A stretch of DNA of 64,000 nt from Thermoplasmata archaeon (GTDB taxonomy: Archaea > Thermoplasmatota > Thermoplasmata > UBA10834): assembly GCA_038852315.1 (NCBI GenBank), contig JAWCKF010000007.1:1148-65147 (forward strand), read 5' to 3'. The position numbers and the translations under genes are program-made. The notes under the pieces were generated by a model. That model ran no database searches. It saw only the letters and a list, made by a program, of their open reading frames with translations, and was not told where the DNA came from. Below are positions 37,104 to 46,236 of this stretch, piece by piece; positions within the stretch are counted from its first letter, which is position 1; every line of letters starts with the position of its first letter.

Positions 37104-40100
37104 ATGAGCGAGAGCGAGGGCTTCGGCGCCGCCTTGGTGATAGGCGGGGGGCCCGCAGGGATGCAGGCCGCGCTCGACCTGGCGGATTCCGGCTTCAGGG
37201 TGTATCTCGTGGAGAGCACGCCGAGCATAGGCGGAAGGATGGCCCAGCTGGACAAGACATTCCCCACGAACGACTGCTCCCTCTGCATCCTGTCTCCGAA
37301 GATGGTCGCGGTCGGAAGGCACGAGAACATCACTCTCCTGACATATGCGGATGTGGAGGAGGTCCAGGGTTCAGCTGGCAGGTTCAAGGTAAGGGTGAGG
37401 AAGAAGGCCAGATACGTTCACGAGGACAAGTGCGTCGGCTGCGGGGCGTGCGCTGCCGTCTGCCCGTCGAAGGTGGACAGCGAATTCGAAATGGGCATGG
37501 CCAAGCGGAAGGCGATCTACGTGCCGTTCCCGCAGGCCGTACCGCTCAAGTACACCATTGACAGGGAGAGATGCCTGCACTTCAAGACAGGCAAGTGCCT
37601 TCTGTGCGTGAAGGCGTGCGAGGCCAAGGCAATCGACCACAAGATGGAAGACCAGATTCTGGACCTCGAGGTCGGTGCGATCATTGTGACCTCTGGCTAC
37701 GATCTCTTCGACGCTTCCAAGAAGGCCGAGTTTGGGCACGGCCTCTACAAGAACGTGGTCACGAACCTCGAGTTCGAGAGGATGTTGAGCGCATCAGGCC
37801 CGACCGAGGGGCACATACTGAGGCCGTCCGATGGAAAGCCGCCAAAGAGCATCGCGTTCATACAGTGCGTCGGCTCGAGGGACGTACAGACTGGCAACAC
37901 CTACTGCTCGTCATACTGCTGTATGGCGGCCATAAAGGAAGCTGTCATCGCAAAGGAGCACTCGCCCGACCTTGAAGCGACCATCTTCTTCATGGACACG
38001 CGGGCATTCGGAAAGGAGTTTGAGGAGTACCTCACCAGGGCCGAAAGCGAGTACGGCGTGATAGTCTACAGGAACAACCGTGTGCCGAAGGTCCAGGAGG
38101 ATCCCGGGACAGGCAACCTCATTCTCACATTCCATGCGGGCGCCGAGCTGCTCGAGGAGCACTACGACATGGTCGTGCTATCAGCGGGAGCACGCCCGCC
38201 CGCTTCGATGACTGACCTTGCCAGGAAGCTCGGAATTCAGCTCAATAAGTTCGGATTCGTCGACACGGACGATCTCACCCCCGTGGACACCTCAGTTCCC
38301 GGCATATACGTCTGCGGTGTCCTCTCGGGCCCGAAAGACATCCCCGATTCGATAGCTCAGGCGAGCGGTGCTGCGGGCAAGGTGGCCGCATCCCTGTCAA
38401 AGGAGCGGGGCAAGCTGGTGACCAAGAGAGAGTATCCGCCCGAGCGGGACGTTTCGAACGAGCCTCCCAGGATAGGGGTCTTCGTGTGCCACTGCGGGAT
38501 CAACATCGCGTCTGTGGTGGACGTCCAGAAGGTGGCCGAAGTCGCGTCGACGCTGCCCGGTGTGGTGCACTCCGAGAAGATGCTGTATGCCTGCTCGGAG
38601 GATGCTCAGAAGCGCATCAAGGAGATGGTGGAGAAGCACGGCTTGAACAGGGTCGTGGTCGCGAGCTGCACCCCTAGGACTCATGAACCGCTGTTCCAGA
38701 ACACGCTCAGGGAGGCCGGACTGAACAAGTACCTCTTCGACATGGCCAACATAAGGGACCAGTGCTCATGGGTGCACAGGAAGGAACCCGAGAAGGCGAC
38801 GGAGAAGGCGATCGACCTCGTGAGGATGGCTGTCGCGAAGGCGAGTTCTCTGGAGGCTCTGCCACAGCCGAGGATACCTGTCCATCCTGCAGCCCTCGTG
38901 CTCGGGGGCGGGTTGAGCGGACTCACAGCAGCGCTTGAGATCGCAGATGCTGGCTTCGAGGTTCACCTTGTGGAGAAGGACAAGGAACTGGGAGGCCATC
39001 TCAGGAACATCTATCACAAGACGCTCGCGGGCGTCGACCCTCAGGAGGTCCTGCGGGAGCTCAAGAAACGCGCATCCGAGCACCCGAAGATAAGGCTGCA
39101 CATGCAGGATGAGCTAGCAGAACTCAAGGGCTACATAGGCAACTTCGAGGCCACGCTCAAGAGCGGCGAGAAGGTGAAGCACGGGGCCATAGTCGTCGCC
39201 ACCGGCGGGGAGGAGTACGAGCCTGTCGAGTACCTGTACGGCCAGCACCCGCGGGTCATACGGCAGTCCCGGCTGAGCGAGATGCTTGCCAAGGGGGAGT
39301 TCAAGGCCAAGAACGTGGTCATAATCCAGTGCGTCGGCTCGAGAAACGGTGAACACCCTAACTGCTCTAGGATATGCTGCCAGACGGCAATGGCGAACGC
39401 CATCAGAATCAGGAAGGAACATCCCGATACCAACGTGTTCATACTCTTCAGGGACATCAGGACATATGGCTTCGCTGAGGAGCATTACAACGAGGCCGCC
39501 AGGCTCGGCGTCACGTTCCTCAGATACGATCCCTCGCAGCCCCCGCAGGTCTCCGCCGATGGGGACAAGCTCGTGGTCGAGGTGGAGGAGCAGTTCATCG
39601 AGGAGACCGCACGCATAGTGGCCGACTACCTTGTCCTCAACGCGGCGGTCCATCCGAACCCTGACAACCAGGAGCTACACAAGCTGCTCAAGGTGCCCCT
39701 GACGAGAGAAGGGTTCTTCCTCGAGGCGCACATGAAGCTGAGGCCGGTGGATTTCGCGACCGACGGAATATTCCTCTGCGGGCTCGCGCATTCGCCCAGG
39801 CTCATCGGGGAGAGCATCTCCCAGGCCCTCGCCGCTGCCGCGAGGGTTAACACCGTCCTGTCGAAACAGTATCTCGAGGCCGAGGGCGCCGTCTGCGTCG
39901 TCGACGAAGACAAGTGCATCGCGTGCGGCAGATGCGAGGAGGTCTGCAAGTACGGCGCTCCGAGGCTCGATGAGGTCAGACCTGGCGTTGTGAAGTCGCG
40001 CATAAACGAGGCGTTGTGCAAAGGATGCGGGTCGTGCGCCGTCGCCTGCTGCTCACACGCCATAACTGCGAGGCACTTCAGGTCAGACCAGATCGAGAGA

Positions 40101-40154
40101 ATGATCGAGGCGGCTCTGAGGCGGGAGCTCCCGAAGGAGGAGGCAAAGGCATGA
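37104..40154 (+). CDS. hdrA: fused double HdrA-like flavoprotein (QmoA-like N-module + canonical HdrA core), module 1
   Basis: Two dinucleotide-binding sites ([16 protein letters not shown] and [17 protein letters not shown]), [19 protein letters not shown], several CxxCxxCxxxCP ferredoxin motifs, the HdrA N-domain motif [14 protein letters not shown] and [23 protein letters not shown] precedes the start. Confidence 0.9.
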   Translation: MSESEGFGAALVIGGGPAGMQAALDLADSGFRVYLVESTPSIGGRMAQLDKTFPTNDCSLCILSPKMVAVGRHENITLLTYADVEEVQGSAGRFKVRVRKKARYVHEDKCVGCGACAAVCPSKVDSEFEMGMAKRKAIYVPFPQAVPLKYTIDRERCLHFKTGKCLLCVKACEAKAIDHKMEDQILDLEVGAIIVTSGYDLFDASKKAEFGHGLYKNVVTNLEFERMLSASGPTEGHILRPSDGKPPKSIAFIQCVGSRDVQTGNTYCSSYCCMAAIKEAVIAKEHSPDLEATIFFMDTRAFGKEFEEYLTRAESEYGVIVYRNNRVPKVQEDPGTGNLILTFHAGAELLEEHYDMVVLSAGARPPASMTDLARKLGIQLNKFGFVDTDDLTPVDTSVPGIYVCGVLSGPKDIPDSIAQASGAAGKVAASLSKERGKLVTKREYPPERDVSNEPPRIGVFVCHCGINIASVVDVQKVAEVASTLPGVVHSEKMLYACSEDAQKRIKEMVEKHGLNRVVVASCTPRTHEPLFQNTLREAGLNKYLFDMANIRDQCSWVHRKEPEKATEKAIDLVRMAVAKASSLEALPQPRIPVHPAALVLGGGLSGLTAALEIADAGFEVHLVEKDKELGGHLRNIYHKTLAGVDPQEVLRELKKRASEHPKIRLHMQDELAELKGYIGNFEATLKSGEKVKHGAIVVATGGEEYEPVEYLYGQHPRVIRQSRLSEMLAKGEFKAKNVVIIQCVGSRNGEHPNCSRICCQTAMANAIRIRKEHPDTNVFILFRDIRTYGFAEEHYNEAARLGVTFLRYDPSQPPQVSADGDKLVVEVEEQFIEETARIVADYLVLNAAVHPNPDNQELHKLLKVPLTREGFFLEAHMKLRPVDFATDGIFLCGLAHSPRLIGESISQALAAAARVNTVLSKQYLEAEGAVCVVDEDKCIACGRCEEVCKYGAPRLDEVRPGVVKSRINEALCKGCGSCAVACCSHAITARHFRSDQIERMIEAALRRELPKEEAKA

Positions 40155-41749
40155 CCGATGCGACATTCGAGCCCAGGATAGTCGCGTTCTGCTGCAACTG
40201 GTGCTCGTATGCCGGTGCGGATCTGGCCGGCGTGTCGAGATTCCAGTATCCCCCCAACGCCCGGGTGATAAGGGTCATGTGCTCGGGCAGGGTGGAGCCG
40301 TACTTCGTGCTGAGGGCTCTTGAGCAGGGAGCGGACGGCGTCCTGATCACAGGATGCCACATAGGGGACTGCCACTACATATCCGGCAACGAGGAGGCCC
40401 AGAAGCGCATGGAGATGACCATGGAGCTTCTGGACAAGCTCGGGCTGGGAAGGGACAGGATGCGGCTAGAATGGATCTCCGCCTCCGAGGGTCAGAAGTT
40501 CGCGAAGACCATGACCGAGTTCACGGAGCAGATCCGCAAGCTGGGCCCAAACCCGCTCCAGCCCCAGCCACCGAAGAAGAAGGGGGACGCTTCGAAGCTG
40601 AAACAGGTCATGGACGAGATAATCGAGGGAACGGGTGCGTTCGACTGCGTCGAGTGTGGCAAGTGCACGACCGTTTGCCCAGTGGCCAAGTACAACACCG
40701 AGTTCGCGCCCAGGACAATCGTCCTCAAGGCCATGGAGGGAGTCGCTGAGAACGTCTCGTCGAACAAGGACGTGTGGACGTGCATAACATGCGAGCAGTG
40801 CAACTCGATGTGCCCCTACAAGGTCGATTACTCCGGCTTTATAAGGGACATGAGGAAAGAGGCCACCGGCTTCGGCAACGTCCCTACCTGCTCCCAGGGT
40901 GGGCTGATGCACTCGGTGATGAGGATACAGGCCAACAGCAGTCTAAGGCAGGACCGGTTGCGGTGGCTGACAGACGACCTGAGGATCTCGGACAAGGGTG
41001 ATGTGTTCTTCTTCGTGGGCTGTGTGACCTACTTCGACACAATATTCAGAGAGCGCAAGAACCTCTCCCTGGCTAGCATACCCCAGGCTGCAGTAAAGAT
41101 TATGAACAAGGGGGGTATTGTCCCCGTGGTCAGCAACGACGAGGTATGCTGCGGGCACGATCTCAACTGGACCGGGGACGAGTACAACCTCAGGAAGCTG
41201 ATGAAAAGGAACATCGAGTTGATACGCGCCTCCGGGGCCAAGAAGGTCGTGTTCTCATGCCCCGAATGCCTCAGGACCTTCAGTCTAGACTACCAGGACA
41301 TAATGGGGGACCTGGAGTTCGAGATGGTGCACATCTCGGAGCTGGTGGACGAGCTCGTCCAGGAGGGCAGGCTGAAGTTCAAGAGGGAGGCCCGGAAGCT
41401 CACCTTCCAGGACTCCTGCAGGCTCGGGAGACATCTCGGGACATACGACCCGCCCAGGAGCGCCCTGGCCGCGACGGGCGCTGCGGTTGTCGAGATGGAG
41501 AACACGAAGGACAAGGCACTGTGCTGCGGAGTGAGTGCGTGGGCCACATGCGACGAGATCTCCCGCAAGCTCCAGGTCGCGAGGCTGACGGAGGCGAAGC
41601 GCACGGGTGCCGAGTGCCTGATCACTGGGTGCTACAAGTGCCTGATACACCTGAGCTGCGTGCAGGAGAACAAGACCCAGGTGCCCAAGGAGCAGATCGA
41701 CATCCCGATAAAGGATCTCAGTGTCGTGTTGGCTGATTCGCTTGAGTAA
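40151..41749 (+). CDS. MvhD - HdrC - HdrB triple-domain fusion protein
   Basis: The MvhD domain has [13 protein letters not shown]...GCHIGDCHY. The HdrC-like 2x[4Fe-4S] region has [12 protein letters not shown] and [12 protein letters not shown]. Two HdrB-type CCG domains follow (FFFVGC...VCCGHD and FQDSC...LCCGVS...GCYKC). The start overlaps the hdrA stop (ATGA). Confidence 0.85.
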   Translation: MTDATFEPRIVAFCCNWCSYAGADLAGVSRFQYPPNARVIRVMCSGRVEPYFVLRALEQGADGVLITGCHIGDCHYISGNEEAQKRMEMTMELLDKLGLGRDRMRLEWISASEGQKFAKTMTEFTEQIRKLGPNPLQPQPPKKKGDASKLKQVMDEIIEGTGAFDCVECGKCTTVCPVAKYNTEFAPRTIVLKAMEGVAENVSSNKDVWTCITCEQCNSMCPYKVDYSGFIRDMRKEATGFGNVPTCSQGGLMHSVMRIQANSSLRQDRLRWLTDDLRISDKGDVFFFVGCVTYFDTIFRERKNLSLASIPQAAVKIMNKGGIVPVVSNDEVCCGHDLNWTGDEYNLRKLMKRNIELIRASGAKKVVFSCPECLRTFSLDYQDIMGDLEFEMVHISELVDELVQEGRLKFKREARKLTFQDSCRLGRHLGTYDPPRSALAATGAAVVEMENTKDKALCCGVSAWATCDEISRKLQVARLTEAKRTGAECLITGCYKCLIHLSCVQENKTQVPKEQIDIPIKDLSVVLADSLE

Positions 41750-41772
41750 CGGACGGGAGGACTGAGGCAGAG

Positions 41773-42153
41773 ATGACAGACAAGGACCAGAAGGCGCCGC
41801 CGAAGGGTGAGGAGAGGTATCTGCTCGTCGAGCTGTCGTGCAAGGACCTCAAGTGCTCGCCCTGCACCTATCCGAACTGCCAGAGGTTCGTCAGGTCCGT
41901 TCCGAAGAAGAAGCCGTTCGAAACACGCATGACGAAGATGTTCGAGGTGAAGAAGCCGATATCGGCACCCGGCGACACGAGAGAGCGCATACTGCTGGTC
42001 GAATTGTCATGCAAGGACAAGAAGTGCTCGCCGTGCACCTATCCCAACTGCCAGAGGTTCGCGAAAATATCTGGCAAGGGAAAGGCGCCTTTCAAGGTCA
42101 AGGTCACTGAAGTCAAGGGCGACAGGGAGGTGCAGAGCCTCCTGAACAAGTGA
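41773..42153 (+). CDS. small Lys-rich protein with tandemly duplicated CX4CX2CX4C motif, no family recognised
   Basis: 126 aa. ERYLLVELSCKDLKCSPCTYPNCQRF (aa 14-39) is repeated as ERILLVELSCKDKKCSPCTYPNCQRF (aa 71-96). GAGG lies 5 nt upstream of the ATG. Codons are GC3-rich like the flanking hdr genes. The gene begins 23 nt after the previous gene. Confidence 0.65.
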   Translation: MTDKDQKAPPKGEERYLLVELSCKDLKCSPCTYPNCQRFVRSVPKKKPFETRMTKMFEVKKPISAPGDTRERILLVELSCKDKKCSPCTYPNCQRFAKISGKGKAPFKVKVTEVKGDREVQSLLNK

Positions 42154-42229
42154 CAACGACAAAACCCTTAGGAATGCTGCTCGAGGAGAATGATTGCGAG
42201 GGCACGAGGAACCGAGAGGAGGTCTGAGA

Positions 42230-43525
42230 ATGGAGAAGGCCGTGATGGTGATCGGGGGAGGCGTCGCCGGAATACAGGCGGCACTGGACCTGGCTGACAA
42301 GGGGATTATCGTCCACCTGGTCGAGAAGACTCCCAGCATAGGCGGGAGGATGGCGCAGCTGGACAAGACTTTCCCAACGAACGACTGCTCGATATGCATA
42401 CTTGCGCCGAAGATGGCGGACTGCTTCAGCCATCCCAACACGAACGTGATAACCTACGCCGAGGTCGTCGGAGTCGAGGGGAAGGCGGGTGCGTTCAAGG
42501 TCAAGGTACTGAAGAAGGCCAGATACGTCGACGAGTCGAAGTGCACGGGCTGCGGGGAGTGCCTCGAGAAGTGCCCGTCCAAGGTCCCGAACGAGTTCGA
42601 GATGGGGCTCTCCACGAGGAAGGCGATCTACATGCCTTTCATGCAGGCGGTCCCGAGAGTCATGACCATCGACAAGGACCACTGCCTGATGCTCACCAAG
42701 GGCAAGTGCGGCAACTGCAAGAAGGCCTGCAAGAGGGAGGCCATCAACTACGAGATGAAGGACCAGATACTGGAGATCGATGTCGGGGCGATCATCGTCG
42801 CGACGGGGTTCGATTCGTGGGACCCGTCCTCATCAACCGAGTACGGCTATGGCAGGTTCCCGAACGTCTTCACCGCACTCGAGTACGAGCGCATGATAAA
42901 CGCGGCAGGCCCGACGCACGGCCACATCGAGAGGAGGTCTGACAAGAAGCGCCCGCAGAAGATAGCGTTCATACAGTGCGTCGGATCGAGGAATCCGACC
43001 ACGGGTCATCCCTACTGCTGTGCCGTCTGCTGCATGCACTCCACCAAGGAGGCCATGCTGGCCAGGGAGCACCACGACGATATGGAGTCGACGATATTCT
43101 ACAAGGACATGCGCGCCTGCGCGAAGGGGTTCTGGGAATACGTCGAGCGAGCCAAGAGGGATTACGCGGTTAGGTACATCAACTCCGACGCGACCGTACA
43201 GGAGAATCCCGAGAACCACAACCCGATCGTAGTGTACGACGTGGGCGGACGGCAGATGTCGGAGGAGTTCGACATGGTCGTGCTCGCGACCACCCTCGTC
43301 CCGAGGAAGGAGACCCTGGAGCTGGCTAAGGTCCTGGGCCTCAAGGTGGACGAATTCGGCTTCCTCGAGTCCGCCGACCGGATACTCGACCTCGGCCGGA
43401 CGGTCGTGCCAGGCATCTACGTCGCGGGGTACTGCGCCGGCCCTGCTGACATCCCCGAGTCGGTCGCTCAGGGCTCGAGCGCGGCGGCGAAGGCGGTCGA
43501 GACGCTCGCTCAGGCGGGAGTGTGA
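42230..43525 (+). CDS. HdrA/QmoA-like flavoprotein (stand-alone N-module), module 2
   Basis: [35 protein letters not shown] and CTGCGECLEKCP, colinear with residues 1 to about 440 of the fused proteins. The ATG at 42230 is preceded by GGAGGT. Confidence 0.85.
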   Translation: MEKAVMVIGGGVAGIQAALDLADKGIIVHLVEKTPSIGGRMAQLDKTFPTNDCSICILAPKMADCFSHPNTNVITYAEVVGVEGKAGAFKVKVLKKARYVDESKCTGCGECLEKCPSKVPNEFEMGLSTRKAIYMPFMQAVPRVMTIDKDHCLMLTKGKCGNCKKACKREAINYEMKDQILEIDVGAIIVATGFDSWDPSSSTEYGYGRFPNVFTALEYERMINAAGPTHGHIERRSDKKRPQKIAFIQCVGSRNPTTGHPYCCAVCCMHSTKEAMLAREHHDDMESTIFYKDMRACAKGFWEYVERAKRDYAVRYINSDATVQENPENHNPIVVYDVGGRQMSEEFDMVVLATTLVPRKETLELAKVLGLKVDEFGFLESADRILDLGRTVVPGIYVAGYCAGPADIPESVAQGSSAAAKAVETLAQAGV

Positions 43526-43530
43526 TCTTG

Positions 43531-45396
43531 ATGGCGGAGAAGACGATCGACAAGAACGAGAAGCCGAGGATAGGCGTGTTCGTTTGCCACTGTGGCGCCA
43601 ACATAGGCGGGTTCGTGGATGTGCCGTCGGTCGCGGAGTACGCGAAGACGCTGCCTGATGTGGTGTACGCGACAGACAACCTGTACACCTGCGCCGAGGA
43701 CGGCCTTGCGAGCATCAGGGAAGGCATAAGGAAGCACAACCTCAACAGGGTCATCGTCGCGAGCTGCACCCCGAGGACCCATGCCCCGCTGTTCCAGGCG
43801 ACTTGCGAGTCTGCCGGGCTGAACAAGTACATGTTCACGTTCGTCAACATCAGGGAGCACTGCTCCTGGGTGCACATGAAGGAGAAGGAGCGGGCGACCA
43901 AGAAGGCCAAGGACCTCATCCGTATGGGCGTTGCCAGGGCGAGGCTGTTGGAGCCGCAGGTAGAGGCGAGGGTCGACGTCACGCCCGTGGGATTGGTCAT
44001 CGGGGGCGGCGTGTCAGGCATGACGGCAGCCCTGTCGCTGGCCAACATGGGGTTCCCAGTACACCTGGTCGAGCGCGAGAACGAGCTCGGCGGGTTCGTC
44101 AGGAACCTGAACAACCTCTATGTGACGGAGAAGAGCGCCGTCGAGACCATCAGGCCGCTCATCGAGAAGGTCACGTCCCACAAGAACATCACACTGCACC
44201 TGAACTCTCAGGTCAAGAGCGTCGAGGGGTTCATCGGCAACTACGATGTGGTCATAGGGACAAAGGGTGCTGAGGACACCAAGGTCAAGGTCGGGACGAT
44301 AATCGTCGCGACAGGGGCGCTGGAGTTCATGCCCGAGGGGCTGTACGGGTACAACCAGTACCCGAACGTCGTCACGCTGACGGAGTTCGAGATACTGTGC
44401 AAGAAGAAGACCTTGCCGAAGCTGAAGAGCGTGGCGTTCATACAGTGCGTCGGCTCGAGGGGTCAGGTGAAGTCGTACTGCTCGCGGATATGCTGCAACG
44501 TGGCGATCAAGAACGCCATCAACATAGTGGACAACTACGACAACATGCTCGGGCTGGCCGAGAGACAGGGCACTGTCGTGGAGAAGATACCGGTCGAGCA
44601 GAAGGCCACTGACGAGATACTCGAGAGGAGGCGCAGGAGGCGCGGAAGGGAGAGGGGCGAGGAGGCTGGCGCTGAGGAGGTCAAGCTCGGCCCCGCAGAG
44701 AAGATCGAGGTGACCGTGTTCAACAGGGACGTCATGGCATACGGCGTCGAGCACGAGCTGGCGTACAACAAGGCAAGGGAGAAGAGGGTCAAGTTCATCA
44801 GATACACTACGGACCACCTCCCGAAGGTCTACATGGAGGGCAACCAGCTGATGGTCGCCTACTTCCACGAGACCCTGAAGCTCGAGAGGACGATGCCCGT
44901 GGACATGGTCATCCTCTCGACGCCGCTAGTGCAGCAGACCGGAGCTGCGGAGCTGTCCCAGATGCTGAAGGTGCCGCTCGGACAGGAGGGGTTCTTCCTC
45001 GAGGCGCACGTGAAGCTCCGGCCAGTGGACTTCGCGACGGACGGCATCTATGTTTGCGGCACCTGCAGGGGGCCGGCCGACATAACCGAGTGCACCTACC
45101 AGGCCGCGGCGGCGGCTTCGAGGGCCGCGATACCCATGGCCAGGGGTTATGTGCAGGCTGAGGCGCTCACCTCGGTCGTGGACGAGAACAAGTGCACTGG
45201 CTGTGGCACGTGCATACAGGTCTGCCCGTACGGCGCCCTCAGGAAGAACGACAGGGGCTTCGCCGAAGTCATTGTCGCAGCGTGCAAGGGCTGTGGCTGC
45301 TGCGGCGCGACCTGCCCGGAGGGCGCGATCACCATGACGAACTACACGGACGCGCAGCTGCTCGCGGAGGCGAAGGCCGCGCTCGAGGAGGTGTGA
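43531..45396 (+). CDS. hdrA: HdrA core protein (stand-alone C-module), module 2, with a 55-aa charged insertion
   Basis: [50 protein letters not shown]...CSRICC and the C-terminal CTGCGTCIQVCP / CKGCGCCGATCP. The start could instead be GTG 43522, which overlaps the upstream stop. Confidence 0.85.
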   Translation: MAEKTIDKNEKPRIGVFVCHCGANIGGFVDVPSVAEYAKTLPDVVYATDNLYTCAEDGLASIREGIRKHNLNRVIVASCTPRTHAPLFQATCESAGLNKYMFTFVNIREHCSWVHMKEKERATKKAKDLIRMGVARARLLEPQVEARVDVTPVGLVIGGGVSGMTAALSLANMGFPVHLVERENELGGFVRNLNNLYVTEKSAVETIRPLIEKVTSHKNITLHLNSQVKSVEGFIGNYDVVIGTKGAEDTKVKVGTIIVATGALEFMPEGLYGYNQYPNVVTLTEFEILCKKKTLPKLKSVAFIQCVGSRGQVKSYCSRICCNVAIKNAINIVDNYDNMLGLAERQGTVVEKIPVEQKATDEILERRRRRRGRERGEEAGAEEVKLGPAEKIEVTVFNRDVMAYGVEHELAYNKAREKRVKFIRYTTDHLPKVYMEGNQLMVAYFHETLKLERTMPVDMVILSTPLVQQTGAAELSQMLKVPLGQEGFFLEAHVKLRPVDFATDGIYVCGTCRGPADITECTYQAAAAASRAAIPMARGYVQAEALTSVVDENKCTGCGTCIQVCPYGALRKNDRGFAEVIVAACKGCGCCGATCPEGAITMTNYTDAQLLAEAKAALEEV

Positions 45397-45399
45397 CCG

Positions 45400-46236
45400 A
45401 TGACGGAGGTCGCGCACACCCAGATGCTGGAGAAGAAGGAGCTCGAGAGCCCGGCGCAGAGCAAGGAGTGGGAGCCGAAGATAATCGGGTTCCTGTGCAA
45501 CTGGTGCTCGTACGCGGGCGCGGACCTGTGCGGTGTCAGCAGGTACCAGTACCCGACGAACATCAGGCCGGTCAGGGTCATGTGCTCCACCAGGATAAGC
45601 CCGCACCTCGTGCTGGAGCTGTTCGAGGCCGGGGCGGACGGTGTGCTCCTGGGAGGCTGCCACATAGGCGACTGTCACTACATCACGGGGAACTACTACA
45701 CGGAGAAGCGCGTCAGGCTGATGAAGAGGCTGCTCGAGGACGCGGGGATAGAGCCTGAGAGGCTCCGGCTGGAATGGGTCTCCGCCTCTGAGGGTGAGAA
45801 GTTCTCCAAGGTGGTCACGGAGTTCACGGAGCAGGTGAGGAGGCTCGGCCCGAGCAAGGTCAAGAAGGACCAGCTCGCCAAGGTGCGGGTGGCGGCGGCC
45901 GACGAAGCCTCTGAGACCTTCAGGTTGAAGGCGCTCGTGGGCAAGGAGCTGAACCTCGAGACCAAGGGGAACGTGTACAACAACAAGCTCGACAGGGCGG
46001 AGCTGGAGAAGCTCATCGATGCGGCCGCCAGGGACGAGTTCGAGAGGGCGCTCATACTCGAGCTGGCGAAGGAGAGGCCGCGGTCCGTCAAGGAGCTGGG
46101 GAAGATCATGCAGGTGCCCACGGACAAGGTCCTGAGACACATCGTCGTGCTGAGGCAGAAGAACCTCATCGCGATGGATCATCCGGAGGGCTTCACGCCG
46201 ACCTACAGGACGATAGTGATAGGGGGTGAGCAGTGA
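45400..46236 (+). CDS. MvhD-domain protein fused to a C-terminal winged-helix-like domain
   Basis: [12 protein letters not shown]...GCHIGDCHY is the MvhD domain. The C-terminal SVKELGKIMQVPTDKVLRHIVVLRQKNLI resembles an ArsR/TrmB-type wHTH. Confidence 0.8.
   Translation: MTEVAHTQMLEKKELESPAQSKEWEPKIIGFLCNWCSYAGADLCGVSRYQYPTNIRPVRVMCSTRISPHLVLELFEAGADGVLLGGCHIGDCHYITGNYYTEKRVRLMKRLLEDAGIEPERLRLEWVSASEGEKFSKVVTEFTEQVRRLGPSKVKKDQLAKVRVAAADEASETFRLKALVGKELNLETKGNVYNNKLDRAELEKLIDAAARDEFERALILELAKERPRSVKELGKIMQVPTDKVLRHIVVLRQKNLIAMDHPEGFTPTYRTIVIGGEQ

Noticed and set aside
36860-37387. 175-aa minus-strand ORF covering the hdr leader and the start of hdrA
   Set aside because: It overlaps the well-supported hdrA start and RBS. 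Its composition is shadow-like and it carries no motifs.
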